A DNA stretch of 43,456 nucleotides from Parcubacteria group bacterium CG08_land_8_20_14_0_20_48_21. GTDB taxonomy: Bacteria; Patescibacteriota; Patescibacteriia; UBA1544. Position numbers and translations under genes: made by a program. The stretch lies in the NCBI GenBank assembly GCA_002774425.1, contig PEYJ01000022.1, positions 1 through 43,456 on the forward strand, given 5' to 3'. The notes beneath the pieces are model-generated. The model saw nothing but the letters and a program-made list of their open reading frames with translations. It was not told where the DNA came from and did no database searches. Within the stretch, counting starts at the first letter, position 1, and each line of letters opens with the position of its first letter. This document shows positions 34,142 through 43,302 of the stretch, piece by piece.

Positions 34142-34702
34142 TTAAAAAAGAATCGCGTCTTGTTGTAGCGGTACCATGAAGGTAAATGTCACATCTGTAC
34201 GTTTTAAAAGAACTTGAATGGGCAATTCAAAATGTTCGATAAAAGGCAAATCTTCAAGCCTGTTTTTAAATGCAATAAGGTCATTGCGGGACATCGCTGT
34301 TCCGCTTAGAGCGAGCGTATGCGCATTGAAATCAAGCGCAATATTTTGCAAACGGATCGTTTGATCCACTTCTCCGAATAATGCCGCAAGCGTTGGAGTG
34401 ACGACAAAAAATTTCTGCTGTTCCGCATGCATGGCGGCAATCGTTTTATTGACAGAAGCAATGCCTGAACGTAAACTCACCGGATTTTTTGTAACCAATG
34501 AAGTATTGTGGACCGTAGTTATAAATATGTTTTGTAGAGTAAGCTGCGCGATAAGCAGTGCCGTGGTAATCAGGAGTATTTCAAAAAATCCCCACAAGAG
34601 CATAACGCGCACGACACTCGTAAGCGACTGCATCTTGACGCGTTTTTGATAGTATGAAGGAATGAGGTTGAGTATCAGCATAGTATGCAGTGAGTATACC
34701 AC
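34142..34702 (-). CDS. pilN: PilN-like pilus assembly protein
   Basis: The N-terminal LNLIPSYYQKR matches the conserved INLLP motif that binds PilM. It is followed by one TM segment (VMLLWGFFEILLITTALLIAQL). Confidence 0.6.
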   Translation of the reverse strand: MVYSLHTMLILNLIPSYYQKRVKMQSLTSVVRVMLLWGFFEILLITTALLIAQLTLQNIFITTVHNTSLVTKNPVSLRSGIASVNKTIAAMHAEQQKFFVVTPTLAALFGEVDQTIRLQNIALDFNAHTLALSGTAMSRNDLIAFKNRLEDLPFIEHFELPIQVLLKRTDVTFTFMVPLQQDAILF

Positions 34703-34713
34703 AGTAAGCCGTA

Positions 34714-36078
34714 TCAGTATATTTCGTAAATACTCAAGAGAAGTTCCTGCTGGTTTCCGGTTGCGGAAATATCAAAACCAAGCGTTTGGAGCACGCTACT
34801 ATCATAGAACAAGCGTATATTTTCATTAATATGGATTTCCTCGCCGATAACCTCGCCCATAATGGTAATGCCTGAAGCGTGATTATGGCGGAGGTATATC
34901 TCGTCTTCGGAAAAAATGAGGCCGGTCAAGGAAATGGGAACATCGGCAACCGCATCGTCAATGGTAATGGTAATTTTCTTTTTTGCCGCGAGAATGGGAA
35001 GATTATTTGCCGACAGGTGCGTATAGGGAACCTGGATAGTAATCTTATCGTCCGCAATAAGTGTTCCCGTAACTTCAACCGGATCAGGATAATCAAGATT
35101 TTTCAATTTAATTTTATCAGAAACATAGTACACGCCTTCCGTAAGGATATAGCGTCCCAGACCGGCATCATGTCGCGACTCAAGATAATTGATGAAATCT
35201 TGATTAGACGGAAAAAGCGTTCCCGCGCTATTCGCTTGTGCCTGATAAGATTGAAAATCAAATACGGGGAATTCCAATTGACCGATTACTAACACACCGT
35301 CAATGGTTTGCGCACCTTCAATAAAGCCGTTGTTGGTGATAGAGGTAACGGCGGTTGCGTTTCCGGAAGCGGTTGTGGTGGCATAAATACCTGCGGAATT
35401 TTCCACGGTAATTTTATCCGCCTGCACGTCACCAAAAATTGCAGTGCCGGGACCTGTTTCCAGCGTTAATTTTTCCTTTGCGATTACCCCTCCGTCTATA
35501 ACAGCGCCTTGTTGCAGGGTAAGCCGATTATCGCTCCACACATTACCTATCAAAAACGGAGAGTACACGCCATCAGTGTCGGCATGAACATTGTGCTTGC
35601 CGTACGCTACATAGGCGAAGGTTGCGGGGAATGCGGTAAACTCGGTAAGCGCCTGCAGTGTGCGGTACCGGTTATGGGCATTGCTTATTGCGGTAATCAA
35701 TTTATGCGTTGGTTCGGTTTCGGAATCAGTAATGGTGTACGTTGTGGAAGCATTATTCAACACAAAACTTTCTGACGCGCTGTACGGCCACATATTTTTG
35801 ATGCGGATCATACCATCTTCTATGGCCGCCTCCGCAGAATAAAAACTCTGGTTTGACTGCGTAATATTAAACCCCATGCGCGCGTTCATAATGCCGAGCC
35901 GGGCAAGTGCCGTACCGATAAACACGGTCAGCGTTGTGATGAACAACACGAGTACGATAACGGTAAACCCTTGATTGTGCGCGTGCCGATCATACCCTGT
36001 ATAACCAATGTGCGTATACCAAGATGCGGGTATCTGACGTTGTTGTCGAGGCGTATGGAGCCGAGATTGTATTTGCAT
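34714..36078 (-). CDS. Large PilX-like minor pilin (454 aa) lacking Glu5
   Basis: I prefer ATG 36078. The prepilin-like junction reads HNQG/FTVIVLVLFITTLTVFIGTALA. The next segment, RLGIMNARMGFNITQSNQSFYSAEAAIEDG, is the PilX_N-like pattern. The C-terminal region has beta-helix-like repeats (DGGVIAKEKLTLETGPGTAIFGDVQADKITVENSAGIYATT). Confidence 0.55.
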   Translation of the reverse strand: MQIQSRLHTPRQQRQIPASWYTHIGYTGYDRHAHNQGFTVIVLVLFITTLTVFIGTALARLGIMNARMGFNITQSNQSFYSAEAAIEDGMIRIKNMWPYSASESFVLNNASTTYTITDSETEPTHKLITAISNAHNRYRTLQALTEFTAFPATFAYVAYGKHNVHADTDGVYSPFLIGNVWSDNRLTLQQGAVIDGGVIAKEKLTLETGPGTAIFGDVQADKITVENSAGIYATTTASGNATAVTSITNNGFIEGAQTIDGVLVIGQLEFPVFDFQSYQAQANSAGTLFPSNQDFINYLESRHDAGLGRYILTEGVYYVSDKIKLKNLDYPDPVEVTGTLIADDKITIQVPYTHLSANNLPILAAKKKITITIDDAVADVPISLTGLIFSEDEIYLRHNHASGITIMGEVIGEEIHINENIRLFYDSSVLQTLGFDISATGNQQELLLSIYEIY

Positions 36079-36091
36079 AAAATACACTGCA

Positions 36092-36631
36092 CTATTTTTT
36101 GCGAATAAGAATACTGGTTGCGAGCGTATAGGTTGCTTGGTAGTCAAAACGACTGGAGGGAGATTTTGCGTCAAGGGTAAGCACGATGCGTATGGATTCA
36201 GAAGTTCCGTCGGTATAACGCGTCAGCGTTAAAGCGGATATTTCTACCATTTCATCGGTAATCATTTCATCGGTATATCCTTCCCGGGAAAAGATGAGCC
36301 TTTTGTTGCCGTCAACAAAAAAGATAACGCGTACTTGTGGTTCATCAATATCATAAATATTGGTCAAAAGAGCGAGCGTGCCGGGTGATGCGATAAAGTC
36401 GGAATACGGCAGGTCAAGTGTGTTTGCCGCGCGAATCTGGTGTACCATGCGCTCCATGGCATAGCGTGCGTTTTCCCAAACTGCGCGTTGAGCAGCTGTT
36501 TTATTGCGCAATACAAGAACCGTGAAAGTAAACTGCGTTATAAATACCACGGTAAGCGCGACAAGCGCCGTGTAGAGTATGAGGTTGATAAGCGAGTAGC
36601 CTTTTTGCGTAGCGTGTGGTTGCATACTCAT
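36092..36631 (-). CDS. PilW-like minor pilin with Asn at +5
   Basis: ATG 36631 forms an ATGA overlap with the upstream stop. The junction reads TQKG/YSLINLILYTALVALTVVFI, followed by AAQRAVWENARYAMERMVHQIRAA. Confidence 0.55.
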   Translation of the reverse strand: MSMQPHATQKGYSLINLILYTALVALTVVFITQFTFTVLVLRNKTAAQRAVWENARYAMERMVHQIRAANTLDLPYSDFIASPGTLALLTNIYDIDEPQVRVIFFVDGNKRLIFSREGYTDEMITDEMVEISALTLTRYTDGTSESIRIVLTLDAKSPSSRFDYQATYTLATSILIRKK

Positions 36632-37161
36632 TGCCAATGTGTAAGGTATAATTCCAAGGAATGTATCTTGGTGCCTTCTCCAACCGCTTCCCATTGTATG
36701 GTAGCGGTTACTTTTTTAGTATCAGGGTCAGCGATGCACCCTGCTAGCGTTGAGATATCACGCGTTATAGGATCGCGGCAGATATCGGACAGGGTAAAAG
36801 AACGGGAAAAAATAGAGAGCATGGTTTCTGATCCCATTTGAGGGTTCCATGGCGGACCTCCACTGCCCAGGTAATAGGGCGTATTTGACGAGAGCGATGA
36901 AAGATTTGTCCAATCACCATCGCGCATGAACCGTACCTGCTCCATAAGTTCAATGGCAAGATATTCGGCTTGTACGGCACGCGCCTGATTGTTCGTAATA
37001 CGTAGGCTGGTAAGGATTATTTGCGTAATATTCAATACGAGTACACTGCCAAGAGCTATCGCTGCCATAACCTCAACGAGCGAAAACCCATTTGGGTAAT
37101 TTTTTACACAAGAAACCTTATCCCATGTATTGCAGGATGAGTGTATTACTGGCTTTGGCAT
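36628..37161 (-). CDS. PilV-like minor pilin
   Basis: The class III signal junction reads YPNG/FSLVEVMAAIALGSVLVL, followed by QARAVQAEYLAIELMEQVR, which is typical of PilV-type proteins. The protein is 177 aa long. Confidence 0.65.
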   Translation of the reverse strand: MPKPVIHSSCNTWDKVSCVKNYPNGFSLVEVMAAIALGSVLVLNITQIILTSLRITNNQARAVQAEYLAIELMEQVRFMRDGDWTNLSSLSSNTPYYLGSGGPPWNPQMGSETMLSIFSRSFTLSDICRDPITRDISTLAGCIADPDTKKVTATIQWEAVGEGTKIHSLELYLTHWQ

Positions 37162-38417
37162 AAAACATTTGTGCCGGCAGATACATCGCCATCAATGGTA
37201 TAGGAAGCGATAAGAGAACCGTCAATAGTCACGGTAAACGGTTTTGTAACCTCGTTGTCGTCACGGTGCACGCAGAAGAGCGTTTCCGATGGCGCCATGT
37301 CGTGAGTGTGAATACGGAGTGTTTGCGGTTCCCCATCAACCAAGACCGTATCTTCCCATGCAAATACATTACCACTCACATAATCTTGAAAATCAATGGT
37401 GTGTGTATACGTGCCTCCGCCACTTTCCGTAAAATCGATGGTCATGAAATTGGCGTTTTTAATTCCCCAATTGAACGCATAGTGCACATGCTCGCCGCTT
37501 GAACAGAATGCCCCCCCATTGCTAAAGTCAATAGTAACGGTTTTTTGCGTCCCGTCCGCGAGCTTCAGCGTAATGACGAAAAAATTATCGTTGATATTGC
37601 CGTCAAATTCAATACTGGTAATAAATACCGACATTCCCGCGGACAGGGTATAGTCAACGATATCAATTTCGGTGCCGGAAGATTGGGCGCCTTGCGGTAA
37701 GCCGGTGCCATCGGTATGGTGCCAAACTGTAGAGTTGTCAATTGAAATTTGGTGGAGCAGGCGGTTGGTGTCACTCCATGAAATAATCATTTTTTCTATA
37801 ACCACATCATCGCTTCCCGCGTTGGTAAGCTTGATATCGCGTAAGTGTTTATTTCCCTCACCAAGAATTTTTGCGTTTGAAACATCAATTACCAAATCAC
37901 CGGACTCTCCTTCATTCGCAATAACTTTACCAAGTCCGTTAACCGCAACAGTCGTCGTTCTGGATGCAATGCCATTGTGGAAAGCGGTAATGGATAGCGT
38001 ACCACCATTCGGCGTTCCTCCATCAACACGGTTAAAGAGCACCTCATCGCCTCCTTCAAGCACAATGCCGGTAATTTGTGTGTTGGCGGGGAGTACATGT
38101 ATGATATTTGACGGATCTCCTTCCGTGTATGATGCGCCTTGGAAAAGCGCGTAGCTTGTGGTTGCAAAGTGGACGCCGTACTGGTTATTTTCCGTTGAGG
38201 CGACGGTTTGATTTTGCGCAAAGCGAAGCGTTTCCACCATATCCTGCGTAACCGAATCCAGGGTAAGGGTGCTCTGAAAATTTTTCAAAGGGATAAAGGA
38301 GAGGAATCCTATCACCAGTACAAAACCGAGTACGACCAAGATCTCAATCAGTGTAAATCCTTGAAAGTGTGTATGGAGATTGTATGCAGAGGAGTAGGGT
38401 GTAAGTTTTTTATGCAT
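37146..38417 (-). CDS. Large prepilin with a GspH/FimT-like N-terminal domain and an unknown ~250-aa C-terminal extension
   Basis: I prefer ATG 38417. The canonical junction reads HFQG/FTLIEILVVLGFVLVIGF, followed by LDSVTQDMVETLRFAQNQTVAS...VHF...VLFNRVDG, which is GspH/FimT-like. The mature protein would be about 400 aa. Confidence 0.65.
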   Translation of the reverse strand: MHKKLTPYSSAYNLHTHFQGFTLIEILVVLGFVLVIGFLSFIPLKNFQSTLTLDSVTQDMVETLRFAQNQTVASTENNQYGVHFATTSYALFQGASYTEGDPSNIIHVLPANTQITGIVLEGGDEVLFNRVDGGTPNGGTLSITAFHNGIASRTTTVAVNGLGKVIANEGESGDLVIDVSNAKILGEGNKHLRDIKLTNAGSDDVVIEKMIISWSDTNRLLHQISIDNSTVWHHTDGTGLPQGAQSSGTEIDIVDYTLSAGMSVFITSIEFDGNINDNFFVITLKLADGTQKTVTIDFSNGGAFCSSGEHVHYAFNWGIKNANFMTIDFTESGGGTYTHTIDFQDYVSGNVFAWEDTVLVDGEPQTLRIHTHDMAPSETLFCVHRDDNEVTKPFTVTIDGSLIASYTIDGDVSAGTNVLCQSQ

Positions 38418-39501
38418 ATGATGTATGGATCGTGGCAAGGCTTAAACCAATCGCCGTGGTCAAGGAACGCGACTGATTGGGTAAGAGGCTAAGTCCGGAA
38501 GCAAGTGCCACGTGCGCAAGCGGATTGTCCTGTACGACGGTGAGGGAGAGTTCTTTTGCCAGAAACGCATCAAGTCCGGAAAAGTTTGCCCCTCCGCCGG
38601 AGAGGATAATACGTTCAATCGTATGGTGGCGGGGAAAGTGGTCGTAGTAAAAATTTATCGCTTCGCGAATATGCTGGACGAGCTCAAGCATTGTATGTTG
38701 CAGAATGATGCGTACCGCTCCCTTGCCTTTCCGTTCATTCAAACCGCAAATGATCATGGCTTTTTCAGCCTGGCTTTCGGTTAGCTGGAGCGTGTCTTGG
38801 ATGACGGAACGGATATGATGCGCGGAAACGGGCACGCTCACGGTGAATTGTACCGTTTGGTTGTCGTAGACCATGATGCTGGAGCGTGATGCGCCGATAT
38901 CAATAACGAGTGTTGCGGGCTGGGCAGGATCTTTCGGGTTCTCTCTAAAGATGGTGCGAATAATGGCGAGCGCTTCCACCTCAAGCGACACCGGTACGAG
39001 CCCCGCATGCTCAAAGAGGCGCAGGTAACTATCCACAATGGACTGCTCAATAGTTGCCGCGAGTATCTGTTGGGGCAAGGTTGTATCAGTGCGGGGAACC
39101 GCCATCCAGTCGTAGTAGACATGGTCCAGAGGCACGGGAATGTGCTGTTCCAGCAGCTTGGGAATCGTATCCGCGGTTGCGGATGCAAGGTCGCCGGGGA
39201 GATCAATCAACTTCACAAATGTTTTTTGCTCCGGCAAGCAGGCATTCACCTGATTGCCGGTAAAGGGGGATCCTTTTGGATTTTGCAGAAGCTCATAGAG
39301 CCGTTCACGCAGTTTGTCTTCCTGCCGTATCTCTCCGCCGACAAGCAACCCTTCCTCCAACGAAAGTATGTTGTAGCTCGTCAGCACCGCCTTTCCTTTC
39401 TTACGCTGCATTTGGGCGCATTTGAGCGAACGATCGCTTACATCAACGGCGATGGTATTTGACCGGAAATACGAAGGGGAAAATTTCATAATGGTTCTCA
39501 A
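38410..39501 (-). CDS. pilM: Type IV pilus assembly protein PilM (actin-like ATPase fold)
   Basis: The 363-aa protein contains IAVDVSDRSLKCAQM, LVIDIGASRSSIMVY and ILSGGGANFSGL, which is an ASKHA-fold pattern. It sits directly after pilC. Confidence 0.8.
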   Translation of the reverse strand: MRTIMKFSPSYFRSNTIAVDVSDRSLKCAQMQRKKGKAVLTSYNILSLEEGLLVGGEIRQEDKLRERLYELLQNPKGSPFTGNQVNACLPEQKTFVKLIDLPGDLASATADTIPKLLEQHIPVPLDHVYYDWMAVPRTDTTLPQQILAATIEQSIVDSYLRLFEHAGLVPVSLEVEALAIIRTIFRENPKDPAQPATLVIDIGASRSSIMVYDNQTVQFTVSVPVSAHHIRSVIQDTLQLTESQAEKAMIICGLNERKGKGAVRIILQHTMLELVQHIREAINFYYDHFPRHHTIERIILSGGGANFSGLDAFLAKELSLTVVQDNPLAHVALASGLSLLPNQSRSLTTAIGLSLATIHTSYA

Positions 39502-39506
39502 GGTGA

Positions 39507-40631
39507 CTAAATGGATTGCGTGAGCGTATACATGGGAAGCATAATGGCAACCGCCACGCCACCGATCGCACTGCCCAAGATCAAAATGAGTACTGGTTCA
39601 ATAATGGCGGGCAAATCATTCATGAGTTGATTGACTTCTTCTTCGTAAAATTGCGCCAGCTCTTCCAGAATGGTGTCTAATTCTCCGGTTTCTTCTCCCA
39701 CGGCGACCATTTGCGTAATGAGCGGCGGAAAGAGCGCGGGATTCGCCTTGAGCACCTCTGCAATGGAGATGCCCTTTTTGATTTGCGCCGTCGCCTGGGA
39801 TATGGCCAACCGATAGGGACGGTTGCTGACCACGCGCGCGGTTATTTCAAAGGTTCGGGTTATGGAGATGTCGGTTTTTAAGAGTGAGCTGAAGGTTCGG
39901 GAAAACCGCGCGAGATTGATTTTTTTGATGATCCCTTTGAGTATCGGCGTTTTCAATAAAACCTTGTGAACGATGTTTTTTCCCGGTTCGGTGCGCAGAA
40001 CCTGTATAGAGGACGCGATGAGGAGCAGCGTGCCAAGAAGAATGTACAAACCGTAGTGCTGTATGCTATTGCTGACGAATATCAACACGCGCGTTGGCAG
40101 GGGGAGTTGCGCATCAAATCCTTCAAAAATAGAGACGAGATTCGGGATAACGAAAATAAACATAAACACGCCGATGCCGAGCATGGCGCATACGATAACT
40201 GAAGGGTAGATCATAGCCCCGCGCACTTTGCTTACTATTTCGTGGTCCTTTTTCATCTGGATGTACAGCTGGTTGAGCACCTCTTCCAATTTACCGCCCG
40301 CTTCACCGGCTTTCAGCATGTTGATGAGAATCTCGCTAAAGACCGAATGGTAGGGAACGAGCGCGTCAGAGAGCGGAACGCCACTTTCCACTGCGGCCGC
40401 GACGGATCGCAACACTTTTTTAAAAGAGGTATGGGTTGTTTGGGCTTCAAGCGTATGGAGCGCGCGGGAGAGTGAAACTCCCGCTTTCAACATGACGCCA
40501 AGATGTTGCACAAAAAATATTTTTTCACTTATTGGAACATGGGGCTGCAAAAACTTTTCCCAGATTTTCTTGGGCTGTTTTTTGTGCTGCGCGGCGCTTG
40601 TCTGCGCCTGCTGAAGTGGTGTTTCTGGCAT
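39507..40631 (-). CDS. pilC: Type IV pilus platform protein PilC (GspF family)
   Basis: The 374-aa protein has two repeats of the T2SSF domain (LSRALHTL...LPLSDAL and ITRTFEITA...ISIAEVL) and three TM segments. Confidence 0.9.
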   Translation of the reverse strand: MPETPLQQAQTSAAQHKKQPKKIWEKFLQPHVPISEKIFFVQHLGVMLKAGVSLSRALHTLEAQTTHTSFKKVLRSVAAAVESGVPLSDALVPYHSVFSEILINMLKAGEAGGKLEEVLNQLYIQMKKDHEIVSKVRGAMIYPSVIVCAMLGIGVFMFIFVIPNLVSIFEGFDAQLPLPTRVLIFVSNSIQHYGLYILLGTLLLIASSIQVLRTEPGKNIVHKVLLKTPILKGIIKKINLARFSRTFSSLLKTDISITRTFEITARVVSNRPYRLAISQATAQIKKGISIAEVLKANPALFPPLITQMVAVGEETGELDTILEELAQFYEEEVNQLMNDLPAIIEPVLILILGSAIGGVAVAIMLPMYTLTQSI

Positions 40632-40744
40632 GGGGAAGTAACGACTAACGCATACTTAATAATTGAGAGCAAAGGACGGCGTTTTCCAAAGTATCTGGCG
40701 AATTGCAGAGGCAGATACAGACGGTTGCCGGTTGAAGATGCGCG

Positions 40745-42481
40745 CTATTCTTTTGTTACACGCAGCACTTCTTCCAGCGTGGTGATTCCGGATTTTGCCT
40801 TGATGAAACCGTCTTCTAACATGGAGATCATTCCCTGACGGATCGCGACCTCAAGCAATTCTTCTCGGGTTGCGTGCTTGCGGACCATGGCGGAAACTTC
40901 CGGAGTTATTTCAAATATCTCATAAATACCAATTCGCCCTTTATAACCAGTGCTATTGCATTCCTTGCAGCCTACTCCTTTGTAGAACAGCAGTTCATCC
41001 AAGCCCTGTTTTTCATTCAAGATAATACCTTCACGCGCCAGCGTTTTTAAAATTGAGGGAATATTAAACGCTTTTTGGAGCTCTGTAATGTCCTCGGTAT
41101 TCAAATTGTAGCTCTGAATGCAGCTTTGACAGATTTTACGCACCAGACGCTGACCGATAATCACATTCGTGGTTGAAGCGACGAGAAAGGTCGGAACTTC
41201 CATTTCCATGAGGCGTGGGAGTGTGGTCACCGCATCATTCGTATGGAGTGTGGAAAGGACCAGGTGGCCGGTCATGGCCGCGTGGATCGCAATTTCAGCC
41301 GTTTCGGTATCGCGAATTTCTCCCACCATGATAATGTCCGGATCCTGGCGAAGGAATGCGCGCAGCCCTCCCGCAAAGGTGAAACCGATCTTGGGATTCA
41401 CCTGGCTTTGGTTGACGCGCGGCATACGGTATTCAATAGGATCTTCAATAGTGGAAATATTAACATCCGGCGTGTTCAGCATGTTGAGAATGGTGTAGAG
41501 CGTGGTGGTTTTTCCCGAGCCGGTTGGCCCTGTTACCAGAATCATGCCGTGAGGTTTTTTGATGTTGCGCTTGACGATGTCGTGTGCCTTTGGCTGGAGA
41601 CCGAGCTGCTCAAGCGTCAATACCTGGCTTTTCTCATTCAAAAGCCGCATGACGACTTTTTCGCCGTCAAACACCGGAATGATGGACACGCGAAACGCAA
41701 CCTTATACTCGCTCGTTTCAATTTTAAAACGCCCGTCCTGCGGCAGGCGATGCTCGTCAATTTTCAGGTTGGAGAGAATTTTGATGCGTGCGACAAGACC
41801 TGACTGCACGGGTTTGGGAAGCGTCATGACATCCTGCAAAATACCATCAATGCGATAACGAACCACTAGCTGCCGTTCCTCCGGCTCAATGTGAATATCG
41901 GACGCACCTTCAAAGATCGCGTACTCCATGAGGGTGTCCACAATGCGGATGACCGGCAGATCCTTCGCGAGTTCGGCCAATGGCTTTTCCTCTCTCCCAG
42001 ACTGCTGCTCCGATTGCCGGGGATTGGAAATCGTCTGGAATTCCGCCTCAAGACTCCTGTGGTATTGTTTCAAGCCCTCCTGAATCTGCGACGGCGTAGC
42101 CAGATGGAGTAACAGGCTAAGCCCCGTCTTCTTCCGAATAAATTCAAACGTTTGGAGATCATTCGGGTCGGTTACCACTATTTTCAGGTTGTGCGCGTCT
42201 TTATCAAAAGCGAGAATTTTATGCGTGAGCGCTATCGGTTCCGGAATGAGAAAAAGGATATCTTTATGAATAATCTGATTCTTAAGATTCAGAAATGGCA
42301 AACGAAGCACTTCTGCCGCATGTTCGTACAATGCGGACTCTCCCACCAATTTTTTTTCAATAAGGTAGGATTCCAGATCTTTTTTCTGCTTCTTCGCTTC
42401 TTTAACGGCGGTATCGTAAAGCCCTTTTTCAAGCAATTGATTTTTTTCCACGATTTTTTTGACGAGCTTTTCGTTGAGCAT
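40745..42481 (-). CDS. pilB: Type IV pilus assembly ATPase PilB (GspE family) with an N-terminal T2SSE_N domain
   Basis: The protein has the Walker A motif GPTGSGKTTTLY, an Asp box, Walker B region IIMVGEIRD, a His box and a tetracysteine motif (CQSC...CKEC). I prefer ATG 42481 (MLNEKLVKKIV...). The track ORF opens at 42532. Confidence 0.9.
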   Translation of the reverse strand: MLNEKLVKKIVEKNQLLEKGLYDTAVKEAKKQKKDLESYLIEKKLVGESALYEHAAEVLRLPFLNLKNQIIHKDILFLIPEPIALTHKILAFDKDAHNLKIVVTDPNDLQTFEFIRKKTGLSLLLHLATPSQIQEGLKQYHRSLEAEFQTISNPRQSEQQSGREEKPLAELAKDLPVIRIVDTLMEYAIFEGASDIHIEPEERQLVVRYRIDGILQDVMTLPKPVQSGLVARIKILSNLKIDEHRLPQDGRFKIETSEYKVAFRVSIIPVFDGEKVVMRLLNEKSQVLTLEQLGLQPKAHDIVKRNIKKPHGMILVTGPTGSGKTTTLYTILNMLNTPDVNISTIEDPIEYRMPRVNQSQVNPKIGFTFAGGLRAFLRQDPDIIMVGEIRDTETAEIAIHAAMTGHLVLSTLHTNDAVTTLPRLMEMEVPTFLVASTTNVIIGQRLVRKICQSCIQSYNLNTEDITELQKAFNIPSILKTLAREGIILNEKQGLDELLFYKGVGCKECNSTGYKGRIGIYEIFEITPEVSAMVRKHATREELLEVAIRQGMISMLEDGFIKAKSGITTLEEVLRVTKE

Positions 42482-42824
42482 GGGGAAATGTCTACTAACT
42501 AAAAACTTGCGACCTGCAACAAGCGTCTGCACTGCATCTTAGGTACATGTCTGATATGAACACGCCAGCGATTGTGGTGTTGAGCGTTGCGGGTAATGTA
42601 TACTTCTTTTCCCATTGTACCACAAAATGTACGTTGAACAAAATAGCGTACACATACGTATCCACAGCATGAACGGATCATCCGCTCCGTCACGCGTCGC
42701 ATGGCTATATCCGGAGGTATGGTTGTTGTACTTGCGCAACTGCCTGTTTATAACTTTTGCTGGTATTTTCTTTGATTTTTCTGTATACTGCATCTTGCAT
42801 GTATTTATTAACATCTTTTGTACT

Positions 42825-43106
42825 ATGGCAAAGATGACTAAGTCACAGCTTTTGGACAGTTTGGCGACGCGTACCAATATGTCCAAAAAGGATGTAGGCA
42901 TGTTTCTGGATGTGCTTACCGAGCTTGCTTACGCTGAAGTGAAGAATAACGGGGAGTTTACGCTTCCCGGAGTCGGCAAGCTGATAAAGCAGAATCGCGC
43001 GGCGCGCATGGGACGCAACCCGGCAACCGGAGAATCCATTCAGATTCCCGCGAAAACGGTAGTGAAGTTCCGCGTCGCGAAAGCGGCGAAAGATGCCGTG
43101 CTCTAA
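42825..43106 (+). CDS. hup: HU/IHF-family nucleoid-associated DNA-binding protein
   Basis: The sequence reads MAKMTKSQLLDSLATRTNMSKKDVGMFLDVLTELAYAEVKNNGEFTLPGVGKLIKQNRAARMGRNPATGESIQIPAKTVVKFRVAK. The RNPxTGE arm is diagnostic. Confidence 0.9.
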   Translation: MAKMTKSQLLDSLATRTNMSKKDVGMFLDVLTELAYAEVKNNGEFTLPGVGKLIKQNRAARMGRNPATGESIQIPAKTVVKFRVAKAAKDAVL

Positions 43107-43135
43107 GAGCAGAGGATCGTAAAGTTTCAATGAAG

Positions 43136-43159
43136 CGGGGAGTCGGACCCCGTTTTATT
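43136..43159 (+). terminator. Rho-independent terminator after the HU gene
   Basis: The stem CGGGG/CCCCG, extendable with G-U and A-U pairs, encloses a 7-nt loop AGTCGGA and is followed by TTTTATT. Confidence 0.55.
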
Positions 43160-43193
43160 GTTGGTAGTTTTATCCATACATCGGGCGTACAGG

Positions 43194-43222
43194 TTGCACA
43201 AAGTATGGTAATGGGGTATAGT
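43194..43222 (+). promoter_or_regulatory. Promoter candidate TTGCAC-17 nt-TATAGT upstream of tRNA-Pro
   Basis: TTGCAC lies at 43194-43199, followed by a 17-nt spacer and TATAGT at 43217-43222. The site is ~80 nt upstream of the mature tRNA 5' end. Confidence 0.35.
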
Positions 43223-43302
43223 GTCGGCTATGGTGATTGCGTGAGTCAGATATATTTTCATGATTGTTTTTGAGAGGAAATGCGGAGCATCGCTTTACAT
43301 GT

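Noticed and set aside
42539-42901. A 120-aa minus-strand ORF spans the pilB/HU intergenic region and the start of the HU gene.
   Set aside because: It overlaps the well-supported HU start in antisense, it has no motif, and its composition looks like translated promoter DNA. The region is better read as a 343-nt divergent regulatory region.
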